DNA of 64,000 bases, from NCBI GenBank assembly GCA_041659445.1, contig JBAZYG010000001.1:155068-219067 (forward strand), written 5' to 3'. The stretch is from Candidatus Pacearchaeota archaeon (lineage in GTDB: Archaea; Nanobdellota; Nanobdellia; Pacearchaeales; GW2011-AR1). Within the stretch, counting starts at the first letter, position 1. The number at the start of each line of letters is the position of its first letter. Shown one piece after another: positions 37,777 to 48,136 of the stretch. A program made the position numbers and the translations under genes. Below the pieces are notes generated by a model that saw nothing but the letters and a program-made list of their open reading frames with translations, had not been told where the DNA came from and did not search any database.

Positions 37777-37988
37777 TTTTATTTTTTATTTTAATAACTT
37801 TTTGTTAATTTTTTTCTTAAAAACTGTAAGTAAAATTTATTTTAATTAATAATTAATTTCTTTTTAAAATAGTTTATATTAATTTAATTTTTATCGACGA
37901 TAAATTAAGTGTAGGTAAAAGCAATATTTATATAGTATAATTGTGTAGGATAACTATAAAAAATAATTAAGATTATTGATAAAAAAAG

Positions 37989-40900
37989 ATGGTGAAAAAG
38001 TTTAAAATCTATTTGTTAATTTGTATAATATTATTTGTGATTTTAATTGATTTTTTATCTGCAGAATCAATTTCTGATACTCTTCATTTAAACATTCAAA
38101 CAACTTATTCAAATGGGACAATTCAACCTGGAACTTTTACTTTTGTTTTTAATATAACTACAGATTCTGCATGTTCAAATGTTGTTTATTCAAATTCTTC
38201 AACCTTGACTACTGATTCAAGAGGAATTATTTCTTATTATCTTGAAAATGTAAATTTGAATTTTACAAATCAGTATTACTTATGTTATTACAGAGACGGT
38301 GTTTTGATTAATAATTCTAAAATTGCAAGAAGCCCATATTCTTTTACAACAAAAAACGCAACAGTTAGTGGATTAATTAAAGATGCTAATTTAAACATGA
38401 CTGGATATAATATTAGTGCAGATTATTTTTCAGGGACAGGAGCAAATTTAACAGAAAATTTAACTATTGGGAAAAAAATCATTTTTGGATTTGGTGAAAC
38501 AATTGATAATTTAGTCAGTGGTTGGATTAAAATAACTGGAAGTGCTAATGTTACAGGAAGTTTAATTGTCAACGGAAATATTAATTCTACTACTGGAGAT
38601 ATTTGTATAACAGGAGGAAATTGTTTGAGTACAGTTGCTTCAGGAACAGAACCTTTATGGACAGCAAACTTTACTGCTTATAACACGTCGTGGAGTTCAA
38701 CTTATAATTCAAGTTATGTTCCTTATACTGGCTCAACTGCGAATGTTAGTTTAGGAGCTTATAATTTCAGCGTCGGAGGAACTGATTTTTTTGTTAATTC
38801 AAATAAAGATTCAATTTCATCTGGAGGTTCAACAGCTTCGGGATTATATTCTGTTGCTTTAGGTGAATCAAATATTGCTTCAGGAGATGATTCAGTATCT
38901 TTAGGTTATAGTAATACTGCTTCAGATACTGGTGCTGTTGCCATTGGTTATCAATCAACTTCTTCTGCACCTTATTCAACAGCCTTAGGATATATGACAA
39001 CTGCTTCTGGACAAAAATCAACTGCTTTTGGTGCATCAACAATAGCGTCATCAGATTATGCAATTGCAATGGGTTATTCAACTATTGCATCAGGAACATA
39101 TTCTACAGCAATTGGTAGAGGAATAAATGTTTCTGGTTCAAATTCTGTTGGTATTGGATTAAATGATCAATCAGGAACTGTTCTTAGTCAAGCAAATACA
39201 ATGTCAATTATGGGTGGAACAGTTGGAATAAATACAACAGCTCCTAAAAATACTTTAAATGTCATCGGAACAGGAAATATAACTGGAAATGTAACTTCAC
39301 AAACTGATTTTTGTATTGAAGGTGGAAATTGTTTAAGTAGTGCTGTTGGAAGTTTAGGAAATATTTCAGGAGGTGGAGTAGAAAATTATATTCCTAAATG
39401 GATTGGATCAGCAAGTTTAGGGAATTCACTTGTTTATGATAATGGAACTTATGTTGGTATTGGAACAGCAACTCCAACATATCTTCTCGACGTGAATGGA
39501 AGTGGAAATATTGTGAATGATTTTAGAGTTGGAAATGATTTATTTGTTACAGGTTGGGTAAATTCAAGTGAAGATGTTTGCATTGTTGGAGGAAATTGTT
39601 TGAGTACAGTTGCTTCAGGAACAGAACCATTATGGACTGCTAACTTTACTGCTTATAATTCTTCTTGGTCATTTACTTATAATGCAACTTATGACTCTTA
39701 TAATTCAACTGGATTAATTAAAGATTGGAATTCTTCGGGTTTAATAATAAATTGGAGTACTGAATCTGGAATTGAATCTGATCCTTTATGGACTGCTAAC
39801 TTTACTGCTTATAACTCGTCGTGGTCTTCAACTTATAATTCAAGTTATAATACTGCTTATAATTATACAATAAATGGGACATTTATGAGGAAAGATGGAG
39901 ACAATGGTACTGGAGTTTATAATTTTGGAGGAGCTTGGAACGACGGAGGATTAACAATTTCTAATGGAAATTTGTATGCTCAAACTGTTTATGTTTATAA
40001 TATAACTTCTTTGCAAGTTTCAAATTTAAACATTAATGGTTCTTTAATTCCGCAAATTGGTTTTGATAATACTTTTGATGTTGGAAGTTCTTCATTAAGA
40101 TGGAGAGATTTATACGTCGGTAGAAATATTTTTTCAAATGGAAGTATTAATGTTGATTCAGGAGGAGATATTTGTATTGTTGGGGGAAATTGTTTGTCAA
40201 CATCTGGAACAGGTTCTGGAACAATTACAGGAGCTGGAACAGCGACGTATGTTCCCTTATGGAACGGAACTTCTTCGTTGAATAACTCAGTGATTTATCA
40301 AAATGGAAGTAAAATTGGAATTAATACCACTATTCCGACAGCGACATTAGATGTTAATGGAAATATTCATGCTTCAGATATTTTTGCAACAGATGTTATT
40401 TCTGGAAGCACTGTTGGTTTTGTTTCAGTTGGTTTAGGTGGTTCTATTGGTGCACATAAAACTAATTATGATGCTAAAATTACCTTTCCTGAAACAGATG
40501 ATATTTCTATTTATACAGGACTTTCTGGAGAATTATTAAGAATTTCTGGGGATGATGGTGCTGTTGGAATTGGCGAATCAATTCCAGTGTATAAATTAGA
40601 GATTAAGGGAGTTCCTATGCCCTTGGAAACACCGTCGGGTAATGGTTATTTTGGAATAACTAATATTTCAGATGGAGATATTTTAGAAATTGATTATTCT
40701 GGGAATGTTGGTATAAATACTTCAACTCCACAAAATAAATTAAATGTCGTCGGAGATGGAAATTTTACAGGAAATTTATATTCTAATGGAGCACAAGTTT
40801 TAACATCTTATACTGAAACAGAACCATTATGGACAGCAAACTTTACTGCTTATAACACGTCGTGGAGTTCAACTTACAATTCAACATATGCAAATTGGAA

Positions 40901-42527
40901 TAAAACTTATGCTGATACTTTATATTCATCAATCTCAGAACCTTTATGGACAGCAAACTTTACTGCTTATAACACGTCGTGGAGTTCAACTTATAATGCA
41001 AGTTATGATGCAAAATTAAGTGGAGTAGGAACTTCAGGTTATATTGCTGCGTGGAATGGAACTTCTTCGTTGAATAATTCAATTATTTATCAAAATGGAA
41101 CTACCTTAAATATTTCTGGAAATATCTTTGTTCAAGGCGGTTCTGGAGATGTGAATAGTAATGGTGCTGTTAATTCAGCTGATTCATTATGGGTTAAACA
41201 ATATTTAGCAGGAGCAGTTAATTTAACTGCAAAGCAATATGCAGAAGCAGATGTAAATGGAGATGGAAGAGTTGATTATTCAGATGTAGATTTAATTGAG
41301 CAAAAACTTACTGTTGAAGGATTGCCTTTAAATGAAGTTCAAAGAGAAGGAAAAAGAGCTGTTGATTCAGCATATTTTATTGATTATGACAAAGATTTTG
41401 GGATAGGAAATTATTTTTCTGATGCTGGAGATTATAATCTTACAAGTAAACTTTATGTTAATGGAACAGGAAATATCACACAAGATTTTTATGTTGGAAA
41501 TGATTTAATTGTTACAGGTTGGGTAAATTCAAGTGAAGATTTTTGTATTGTTGGAGGAAATTGTTTAAGTAATAGTGCAGATGTTTCAGAACCTTTATGG
41601 ACTGCAAACTTTACTGCTTATAACACGTCGTGGAGTTCAACTTATAATTCAAGTTATGTTCCTTATACTGGCTCAACTGCAAATGTTACTTTAGGAGATT
41701 ATAATTTTTCAGTTGGGACTTCTGATTTTTTTGTTAATGCGGATTTAAGTTCAATTTCGTCTGGGGCAAGCTCAACAGCTTCGGGATTATATTCTGTTGC
41801 TTTAGGATATGTATCAACAGCTTTAGGGCCTTCTTCAGTAGCTGTTGGGAATCATGCATTCTCTTCAGGTGATTCTTCAATAGCATTAGGGCATTATACA
41901 AATGCTTCAGGTGATTCTTCAATAGCATTAGGTGATTTAACAAATGCTTCAGGAGCTTCTTCAACAGCGACTGGTTTTGCAACAACAGCTTCGGGATTTT
42001 TATCAACAGCAATGGGTAGAGAAATTATTGCAGGAGGAGATTATAGTTTTGCTATTGCATTGAATGATCAAAATAATTTGAATGTTTCTCAAGCAAATAC
42101 AATGGCAATTATGGGGGGAAATGTTGGTATTGGAACAGCGACTCCTAATTCTATTTTAACAACTAAAGGAAATAATGTTTCATTTTTATCTGTTGGTGGA
42201 GAAAAAAGATTTTATTTTTTATCAAACGCAGATGGTAATGAAGCTGTTTTTACAATGTATGATTTTTCAGAAACTGCAAGAATTTATTTGAATACTTATT
42301 CAGATAGTTACCTTAATGTTCCAACTGGAAAATTTGGTATTAATACTTCAGCTCCTAAAAATACATTAAATGTTGTCGGAGATGGAAATTTTACTACAAA
42401 TCTTTTTGTTGGAAGTAATATAACAACAGAAAAATTAGTTTTTGAAACAAGTGCTTCTCATTACATCGACGATAATTCAACTTGTGTTAAAATTTACGGA
42501 AGTACAAGTATTTTAGAAATATGTTAA
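37989..42527 (+). CDS. Giant secreted adhesin-like surface protein (1512 aa) with Hep_Hag/YadA-head-like repeats, tail-fibre-like 'VGIGTxxPxxxLxVxG' motifs, six 'EPLWTANFTAYNTSWSSTYNSSY' repeats and an internal dockerin module.
   Basis: Signal MVKKFKIYLLICIILFVILIDFLSA. Runs of (S/T)xA(L/I)G heptads (e.g. SVALGESNIASGDDSVSLGYSNTASDTGAVAIGYQS...). Dockerin duplicate GDVNSNGAVNSAD...ADVNGDGRVDYSD at about 41140-41310. NxS/T sequons throughout. Confidence 0.7.
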   Translation: MVKKFKIYLLICIILFVILIDFLSAESISDTLHLNIQTTYSNGTIQPGTFTFVFNITTDSACSNVVYSNSSTLTTDSRGIISYYLENVNLNFTNQYYLCYYRDGVLINNSKIARSPYSFTTKNATVSGLIKDANLNMTGYNISADYFSGTGANLTENLTIGKKIIFGFGETIDNLVSGWIKITGSANVTGSLIVNGNINSTTGDICITGGNCLSTVASGTEPLWTANFTAYNTSWSSTYNSSYVPYTGSTANVSLGAYNFSVGGTDFFVNSNKDSISSGGSTASGLYSVALGESNIASGDDSVSLGYSNTASDTGAVAIGYQSTSSAPYSTALGYMTTASGQKSTAFGASTIASSDYAIAMGYSTIASGTYSTAIGRGINVSGSNSVGIGLNDQSGTVLSQANTMSIMGGTVGINTTAPKNTLNVIGTGNITGNVTSQTDFCIEGGNCLSSAVGSLGNISGGGVENYIPKWIGSASLGNSLVYDNGTYVGIGTATPTYLLDVNGSGNIVNDFRVGNDLFVTGWVNSSEDVCIVGGNCLSTVASGTEPLWTANFTAYNSSWSFTYNATYDSYNSTGLIKDWNSSGLIINWSTESGIESDPLWTANFTAYNSSWSSTYNSSYNTAYNYTINGTFMRKDGDNGTGVYNFGGAWNDGGLTISNGNLYAQTVYVYNITSLQVSNLNINGSLIPQIGFDNTFDVGSSSLRWRDLYVGRNIFSNGSINVDSGGDICIVGGNCLSTSGTGSGTITGAGTATYVPLWNGTSSLNNSVIYQNGSKIGINTTIPTATLDVNGNIHASDIFATDVISGSTVGFVSVGLGGSIGAHKTNYDAKITFPETDDISIYTGLSGELLRISGDDGAVGIGESIPVYKLEIKGVPMPLETPSGNGYFGITNISDGDILEIDYSGNVGINTSTPQNKLNVVGDGNFTGNLYSNGAQVLTSYTETEPLWTANFTAYNTSWSSTYNSTYANWNKTYADTLYSSISEPLWTANFTAYNTSWSSTYNASYDAKLSGVGTSGYIAAWNGTSSLNNSIIYQNGTTLNISGNIFVQGGSGDVNSNGAVNSADSLWVKQYLAGAVNLTAKQYAEADVNGDGRVDYSDVDLIEQKLTVEGLPLNEVQREGKRAVDSAYFIDYDKDFGIGNYFSDAGDYNLTSKLYVNGTGNITQDFYVGNDLIVTGWVNSSEDFCIVGGNCLSNSADVSEPLWTANFTAYNTSWSSTYNSSYVPYTGSTANVTLGDYNFSVGTSDFFVNADLSSISSGASSTASGLYSVALGYVSTALGPSSVAVGNHAFSSGDSSIALGHYTNASGDSSIALGDLTNASGASSTATGFATTASGFLSTAMGREIIAGGDYSFAIALNDQNNLNVSQANTMAIMGGNVGIGTATPNSILTTKGNNVSFLSVGGEKRFYFLSNADGNEAVFTMYDFSETARIYLNTYSDSYLNVPTGKFGINTSAPKNTLNVVGDGNFTTNLFVGSNITTEKLVFETSASHYIDDNSTCVKIYGSTSILEIC
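38590..41720 (+). repeat. Family of near-identical intragenic DNA repeats (>=6 copies of the ~70-nt unit gaacc(t/a)ttatggac(a/t)gc(a/t)aactttactgcttataac(a/t)cgtcgtgg...). The outermost copies extend to ~130 nt of near-identity.
   Basis: Copies start near 38649, 39624, 39781, 40821, 40938 and 41589. Blocks 38641-38780 and 41581-41720 are almost identical. A second repeat, ggaggaaattgtttgagtacagttgcttcaggaacagaacc, occurs at about 38610 and about 39590. Confidence 0.8.
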
Positions 42528-42528
42528 A

Positions 42529-45500
42529 ATGGTTAATATTAAATCAAAAAAAAAGTTTTTTTTATTTTTGTTAGTCGTAACTTTTTTTATAATTCTTTTT
42601 GAAATTAGCTCGACTTCTGCTTGGCTTACTGGATATGATTACAGAAAACAAATTAATCTTACTGGAGGAACTAATGCAGGAAATGATTATCAAATAAAAT
42701 TAACAATAGGAAATACATCAGGAGGAGATTTTAATTTAGGTGGAAATGCAACAAATTTTCCAAATGATATAAGATTTACAGATGACGACGGAGAAACACT
42801 CTTGCCCTATTGGATTGAAAATACAACAAGTCCAGCAATTTTTTGGGTTAAAGTAAATGATTCTCTTAATTCAAATCAAATTATTTATATTTATTATGGA
42901 AACTCAACTGTTTCAAGTGCAACTAACGGAACTGCGACTTTTGTAATGTTTGATGATTTTGAAAGCACTGCTTTAAATGCAGTCCCAGATTCAAGCAAAT
43001 GGGTAATTACTGGAACAGACGCAAACGATAATGTAACTATTTATTTAGACCCAGCAAATGCTTCAAATCAAGTTGCAAGGACAATTGAACAAATTGATGG
43101 AGTTGGAACAAGATTATGGGTTAAAAATCTTACTTCAAGTAATTATTCTTTTGATTTTGATTATAGAACAAGTGTAAATAGAGTTTATTATTTTTACATA
43201 TATGATGGTGCTACTATTAGGACAACTATGAATCTTGATACTACATTTCATTGGTATAATGGGGCAGCTTATCAAAATTTTGCCCCAGCAACTCCATCTC
43301 ATTCTACAAATACTTGGTACGATACCGAAATATTTGTAGCAGGACCTTTTTTAAATATGACTATTAATGGAGTAAATTATAAAGGAGGAGTTCGTTCAAA
43401 TGCAACAGCATCAGTTACCTCATTAGTGATGAATCCACATACTGCAAGTTTAACTCCTCCATTATACCAATATGTTGATGATTTTAGAGTAAGAAAGTTC
43501 TCTATGAATCCTCCAGTATTAAGTGCTGTCGGAGGACAAGAATTAATTCAAGGATTGACCTGTGGAAACTTATCTGATGGAACTTATACACTCACACAAA
43601 ATGTAACAAGTAACACTACTTGTTTTATAACAAATTCTACAAATGTTATTCTTGATTGTCAAGGATTTTATATTTATGGAAATAATTCTCCATCTTCTTA
43701 TGGAGTATATTCAAATTATCCCAATACCACAGTTAAAAATTGTAATATTTTTAATTATTCTTCAGGTATAATTTTAGACAGCAATGCAAATTCAACATTA
43801 GAAAACAATACTATAAATGTTACTTTTAGCTCGGGTTCTGATGATTATGGAATTAAATTGGGTTCTGGAGTAAATTCAACAACTAAAAATAATATAATTA
43901 ATGGTTCAGGAACAAATATTTATGCTTATATGTCTTATGCAATAAATAGTTCTTCAATTAATGACACAATATTTGTCCCTTCGGGTAGGGCTTCATTTTA
44001 TTCCGTTGGAACTACAATGAATCAAGTTTTTAATTTCACAAAACTAAATGGGAAAGGAGTAATATTTTATCAAGGAAATCCTTCATTTTACAATTTAAAA
44101 ATGAATACAACTTCAGGTTCATCTATGGATTTACCAAGAAATATTACCTTAAAAAACATAACAATAAATACAAATGGAGATGCTGATGCTGTAACAATAT
44201 CAGGTGTAGGCGTTCATTTAGATTGTGAAAACGGAGTAATTAATGGTTCAAATATAGCATCAAGAAGTGGAGTATATTCTTCAGTAGGAAATGCTAAAAT
44301 TAAAAATTGCAATATAAATAATTTCAATTATTGTATTAGGATATATGGAGGTATGAATAATTCTGTTGAAAATATTATTGCAACAACATCTTATAATGGT
44401 GGGATTCCATTAAATATTTATTTTCAATCAAATTATACTCTTGTGAATAATTTCACAGGTTCAGCTCTTGTTAATGGTTTTGGTTTATCAATTCAATATT
44501 CAAGCCATAATGTAATTAATAATTCTAACTTTAATTCACTTGGAGGTAGAGGAATTTATTTTTATGGTTTAATTGGAACAGGTTTAACTTTAAATAACAC
44601 CCTAAACAATTCTTCAGGGAATTCTTCTTCAAATTATGGAATTCAACTTTCAAGTTCTAATGATAATCTTATTTATAATTCCAATGGTTCAAGTAATACC
44701 TTAACAGGAATAGATTTAACAGATTCAAGTAATAATTATTTTAATAATATAATTGGAAATTTAACAAACAATCCTACATCAACAGGTGACGGAATTACTC
44801 TCGAATCTAATTCAATAAATAATACTTTTGAAAATTCTTTTGCAATATCAAACTCTCAAAAGGTAGATTCTTACAATTCTGCTTTTAGAATTTTTTACAG
44901 CAATAATAACACTCTTAATAATGTCACAGCAAATGTTACAGGAATTAATGCAACAGGGATTTCCTTATATTCTTCAAATTATACTTTAATTAATGGTTCT
45001 GTTGGAGATAGCAACAATTTTAATAATTCGGGTTCAGGTATGCTGTTATCAAATTCAAGTCATAATGTACTTAATAATTCTGTTGCAATAAGTGGTCTAG
45101 GAAATGGGGCTTTGGGATTAAATACAAATAGTAATTATAATAATATTGTAAATTTTATTGGAATTGCAAACTCAACTGAATATGGATGCAAATCTGTTGA
45201 GCCAAAATTAACTAACAACGTTGCCATTTTCATAACAACAAGTAGTAGTTATAATAATTTAACAAATGTTTCAGGTTATAGTCGAAGTGAAGACGGAATT
45301 GCATTTTATAATAATTCTGCAAACAATATTGTAAATAATAGTTTGGGTTTAACTTATTCAAGTGTTGGGATTTTATTAACCAATTGGGCGTCTGATAATC
45401 AAGTTATTAATAGCACAGCAATCGCAATGGGTGGTTCTTGTGGAGGTGGAAAAGCATTTGGTATTGCAGATAATTCAAGTAGAAATAATATAACTAATAT

Positions 45501-46248
45501 AACAGCAATTCAATATGGTGCTGTTTCAACAGATGGGGCTTTTTTTATACGATGCATTGGGGCAACAGCCGAATGTCATCCTAATTTTAATAATACAGTA
45601 ATTAATTCTAAAATTTTAATTTACAATTCTACAAATGGTATTTCAATAACAGACAATTCAACAGGAAATGTAATAAGAAATATTTCAATAAATTCAACAT
45701 ATACTTCTTCAACATTAAGTTTGCTAAAAGTTAATTCATCAAATAATGTTTTTTGCTTAAACAATTTTACAAGTAATCTTGGAATTTATATAAATGATTC
45801 AAATGGAAGCAATACTTATAATTGCTCTTATGGTGGAAAGGTTCAAGGAAATATTTATGAAAATGTGAATAATGGAACAATAAATGTTCTCGGTTCAGAA
45901 AATTCTTCAATAGCAAATTACTATATTGGAAAATATGGTTCTGGATATCCTTATAATCAAACAAATTCTTTAAATAAAATCTATGGTGCGGTAGACTACG
46001 TTCCTTTAACAATTTATTTAACTTCTTGCGCTTATTCTGGTTCTGGAAATTGGGTAATAAATTGTTCAGAAAATTGCACCATATTAAGTAATACAGATGT
46101 AGTGGAAAATAATATTTCTATACTTGGAGTAGGAACTTTTAGAACTTCTGCAAATATAACTGGTTTTAGTAAATTAATAATTGCAGGAATAGATTCTTCA
46201 AATATTTGTAGAGTTACTTGTTTTGATGGGGGATGTTTTAAAGATTAA
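42529..46248 (+). CDS. Giant secreted protein (1239 aa): DUF2341-like N-terminal domain, LamG/concanavalin-like region, long parallel beta-helix (PbH1-like) repeat region.
   Basis: Signal/anchor KKFFLFLLVVTFFIILFEISSTSA. WLTGYDYRKQINLTGG...NFPNDIRFTDDDGETLLPYWIEN...WVKVN...IYIYYGN matches the DUF2341 pattern. Then dozens of N-x-(I/V)-x-N-x-S / SSNNxIxNN turns. Start is 1 nt after the preceding stop. Confidence 0.7.
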   Translation: MVNIKSKKKFFLFLLVVTFFIILFEISSTSAWLTGYDYRKQINLTGGTNAGNDYQIKLTIGNTSGGDFNLGGNATNFPNDIRFTDDDGETLLPYWIENTTSPAIFWVKVNDSLNSNQIIYIYYGNSTVSSATNGTATFVMFDDFESTALNAVPDSSKWVITGTDANDNVTIYLDPANASNQVARTIEQIDGVGTRLWVKNLTSSNYSFDFDYRTSVNRVYYFYIYDGATIRTTMNLDTTFHWYNGAAYQNFAPATPSHSTNTWYDTEIFVAGPFLNMTINGVNYKGGVRSNATASVTSLVMNPHTASLTPPLYQYVDDFRVRKFSMNPPVLSAVGGQELIQGLTCGNLSDGTYTLTQNVTSNTTCFITNSTNVILDCQGFYIYGNNSPSSYGVYSNYPNTTVKNCNIFNYSSGIILDSNANSTLENNTINVTFSSGSDDYGIKLGSGVNSTTKNNIINGSGTNIYAYMSYAINSSSINDTIFVPSGRASFYSVGTTMNQVFNFTKLNGKGVIFYQGNPSFYNLKMNTTSGSSMDLPRNITLKNITINTNGDADAVTISGVGVHLDCENGVINGSNIASRSGVYSSVGNAKIKNCNINNFNYCIRIYGGMNNSVENIIATTSYNGGIPLNIYFQSNYTLVNNFTGSALVNGFGLSIQYSSHNVINNSNFNSLGGRGIYFYGLIGTGLTLNNTLNNSSGNSSSNYGIQLSSSNDNLIYNSNGSSNTLTGIDLTDSSNNYFNNIIGNLTNNPTSTGDGITLESNSINNTFENSFAISNSQKVDSYNSAFRIFYSNNNTLNNVTANVTGINATGISLYSSNYTLINGSVGDSNNFNNSGSGMLLSNSSHNVLNNSVAISGLGNGALGLNTNSNYNNIVNFIGIANSTEYGCKSVEPKLTNNVAIFITTSSSYNNLTNVSGYSRSEDGIAFYNNSANNIVNNSLGLTYSSVGILLTNWASDNQVINSTAIAMGGSCGGGKAFGIADNSSRNNITNITAIQYGAVSTDGAFFIRCIGATAECHPNFNNTVINSKILIYNSTNGISITDNSTGNVIRNISINSTYTSSTLSLLKVNSSNNVFCLNNFTSNLGIYINDSNGSNTYNCSYGGKVQGNIYENVNNGTINVLGSENSSIANYYIGKYGSGYPYNQTNSLNKIYGAVDYVPLTIYLTSCAYSGSGNWVINCSENCTILSNTDVVENNISILGVGTFRTSANITGFSKLIIAGIDSSNICRVTCFDGGCFKD

Positions 46249-47443
46249 AATGAAAATTGGAAATTTATTTTTTGTTTTTTTTATTTTTCTTTTTTCAATT
46301 TTAACTTTTGTAATTGTTTCAGCAGATGTTATTTCTGTTAATTCAGGAGGAAGTGAAAATGTAATAATAACTGCAGATAAATATCTTGAAGGTTTTTTCT
46401 TTTCTTCAAGAGACATTAATAATTTACCGAGCAATCCTTTAAATGTAAAATTGGTTTCCTTGAATGGAAGAAATGAGTCAGATACTGATTTGAATTGTTC
46501 AGGATATATTACTGACGTTGAGAATTTGACTTTGACAGTATATGTAGATTGGATTAAAGATGATAATTCACAATTTATTCAAGTTTTTGAAAATCAATTA
46601 AACAATTCTGTGTTTTCAACTTTGTTAAATAATGGAAATTTAAGTTTAGGAGATGTTTGGAAATGTTCATTGAAAGTTTCTGATGGAGAATATAATAGTA
46701 GTTGGATTGACTCAAATGAATTAACTATTATTGATATAACAAATCCAAATGTAACAATTGTTCATCCAAATTCTTCTGCTAATTACACAAGTTTAGATAT
46801 TGATTTCAATATTTCGATTTCTGAAAATGAAAATATTTCTTGGTGTGGTTACAGCGTCAATGGAACAGCGAATGTAACAATGATTAGATTAAATGATTCT
46901 TATTTTTGGCATGAACCCCCAAACTTAACAGTTGGATTAAATAATGTAACTTTTTATTGTAATGATACTTCTGGAAATTGGGGAACAAATTTCACGAATT
47001 TTACAATTTTAGACGAGGCTGCAATTGCAATTCAATTGTCTCCTGCATTAAGTTTAACTGTTAATTGGACTTTGGAAAGTTTGCCTGCTAATGATTTGAA
47101 CGCAGAAGGAAATAATTTAACTGGAGATACTTTGTATTGGGTAAATTTATCTGTAACTGCAACTACTGCAGATTTATACGTGAAAGCCGACGGAGATTTG
47201 CAAACTTTAGATTTAGATATTCTTGGTTTAGGAAATGAAACTTTTTGTGCAAATTTAACAAATTCTTCTGTTCCTGATTTAAATAGATTGATTATGAATA
47301 CAAGTTATGTTTTAATTGCTGAAGATCTTCCTAGTAGTATAATTTATTTGAAATTTTATCTTGATGCTCCGTCGGGACAAGCAGCAGGAACTTATTTGAA
47401 TAATTTAGATTTCAAAGCAGTAAATCATGGAAACACTCCTTAA
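46223..47443 (+). CDS. Secreted protein (406 aa). The C-terminal half belongs to the paralog family defined by ...F(W/Y)LD.P.GQAAGTY.N...FK.V.
   Basis: Signal ...FLFSILTFVIVSA|DV. C-terminus ...YLKFYLDAPSGQAAGTYLNNLDFKAVNHGNTP. The region from ~residue 250 aligns with the full length of the two ~200-aa paralogs. Overlaps the upstream gene by 26 nt. Confidence 0.55.
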   Translation: MMGDVLKIKMKIGNLFFVFFIFLFSILTFVIVSADVISVNSGGSENVIITADKYLEGFFFSSRDINNLPSNPLNVKLVSLNGRNESDTDLNCSGYITDVENLTLTVYVDWIKDDNSQFIQVFENQLNNSVFSTLLNNGNLSLGDVWKCSLKVSDGEYNSSWIDSNELTIIDITNPNVTIVHPNSSANYTSLDIDFNISISENENISWCGYSVNGTANVTMIRLNDSYFWHEPPNLTVGLNNVTFYCNDTSGNWGTNFTNFTILDEAAIAIQLSPALSLTVNWTLESLPANDLNAEGNNLTGDTLYWVNLSVTATTADLYVKADGDLQTLDLDILGLGNETFCANLTNSSVPDLNRLIMNTSYVLIAEDLPSSIIYLKFYLDAPSGQAAGTYLNNLDFKAVNHGNTP

Positions 47444-47518
47444 TTTTTTAAAAGAAATTAATTTCACTAGAAAAAATAAATCTTTATAAAGTATATTCTC
47501 TTATTTAAATCAATTAAT

Positions 47519-48136
47519 ATGAAAAAGAAAGGTGTGATATTTTATCGTTTGATTTTGATTTTAATTCTTTTAGCAGTTATTGTTTTATTAATTGTTCAAA
47601 ATCTTCCTAAAGTTACTGGAAATTCAATTACTGGTTTTGCAACAAGTGGAAATACTACTTCAAATGTTACAATTACTTCTTATTTATCAATTGCGTTTTG
47701 TGATAATTTATCTACAGGAATTTGGTTTGGAGAAGTTGCAAGTTTACCTGTAACAAATCAAAATGGAACACATAATGCAGATGGTGCTAGTAGTGGAAGT
47801 ACTTATTGTTTGAATGTTTCTGCTGATTCAAATACAAATGTTGATTTTTGTACAAAAGCAAGTGGAAATTTGACAACAACCGGAGCAGATGTTATTGTTT
47901 TAGCAAATGAAACTTGGAATAATGCAACAACCACAGATGCAACAACTCCATCTTATGCTACTGAAAATATTTTGACAACAGATTATGTCAAATCCGGTGG
48001 TAATGTTGCTAGCGACGGTACTGGTGTCAATTATTACAGATTCTGGTTAGATATTCCAGGTGGACAAGCAGCAGGAACATATAATAATACTGTATTTTTC
48101 AAAGGAGTAAATACTGGAAATCCATGTGGTGCATAA
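47519..48136 (+). CDS. Small secreted protein, paralog family member (205 aa).
   Basis: N-terminal hydrophobic segment. ...NTNVDFCTKASGNL...ANETWNNAT...YVKSGGNV...YYRFWLDIPGGQAAGTYNNTVFFKGVNTGNPCGA. Confidence 0.55.
   Translation: MKKKGVIFYRLILILILLAVIVLLIVQNLPKVTGNSITGFATSGNTTSNVTITSYLSIAFCDNLSTGIWFGEVASLPVTNQNGTHNADGASSGSTYCLNVSADSNTNVDFCTKASGNLTTTGADVIVLANETWNNATTTDATTPSYATENILTTDYVKSGGNVASDGTGVNYYRFWLDIPGGQAAGTYNNTVFFKGVNTGNPCGA

Noticed and set aside
38794-42012. Minus-strand ORFs 38794-39081 and 41734-42012 inside the 1512-aa adhesin gene.
   Set aside because: Antisense to the Hep_Hag repeat blocks. L/K/Q-rich repeats reflect the sense-strand periodicity.
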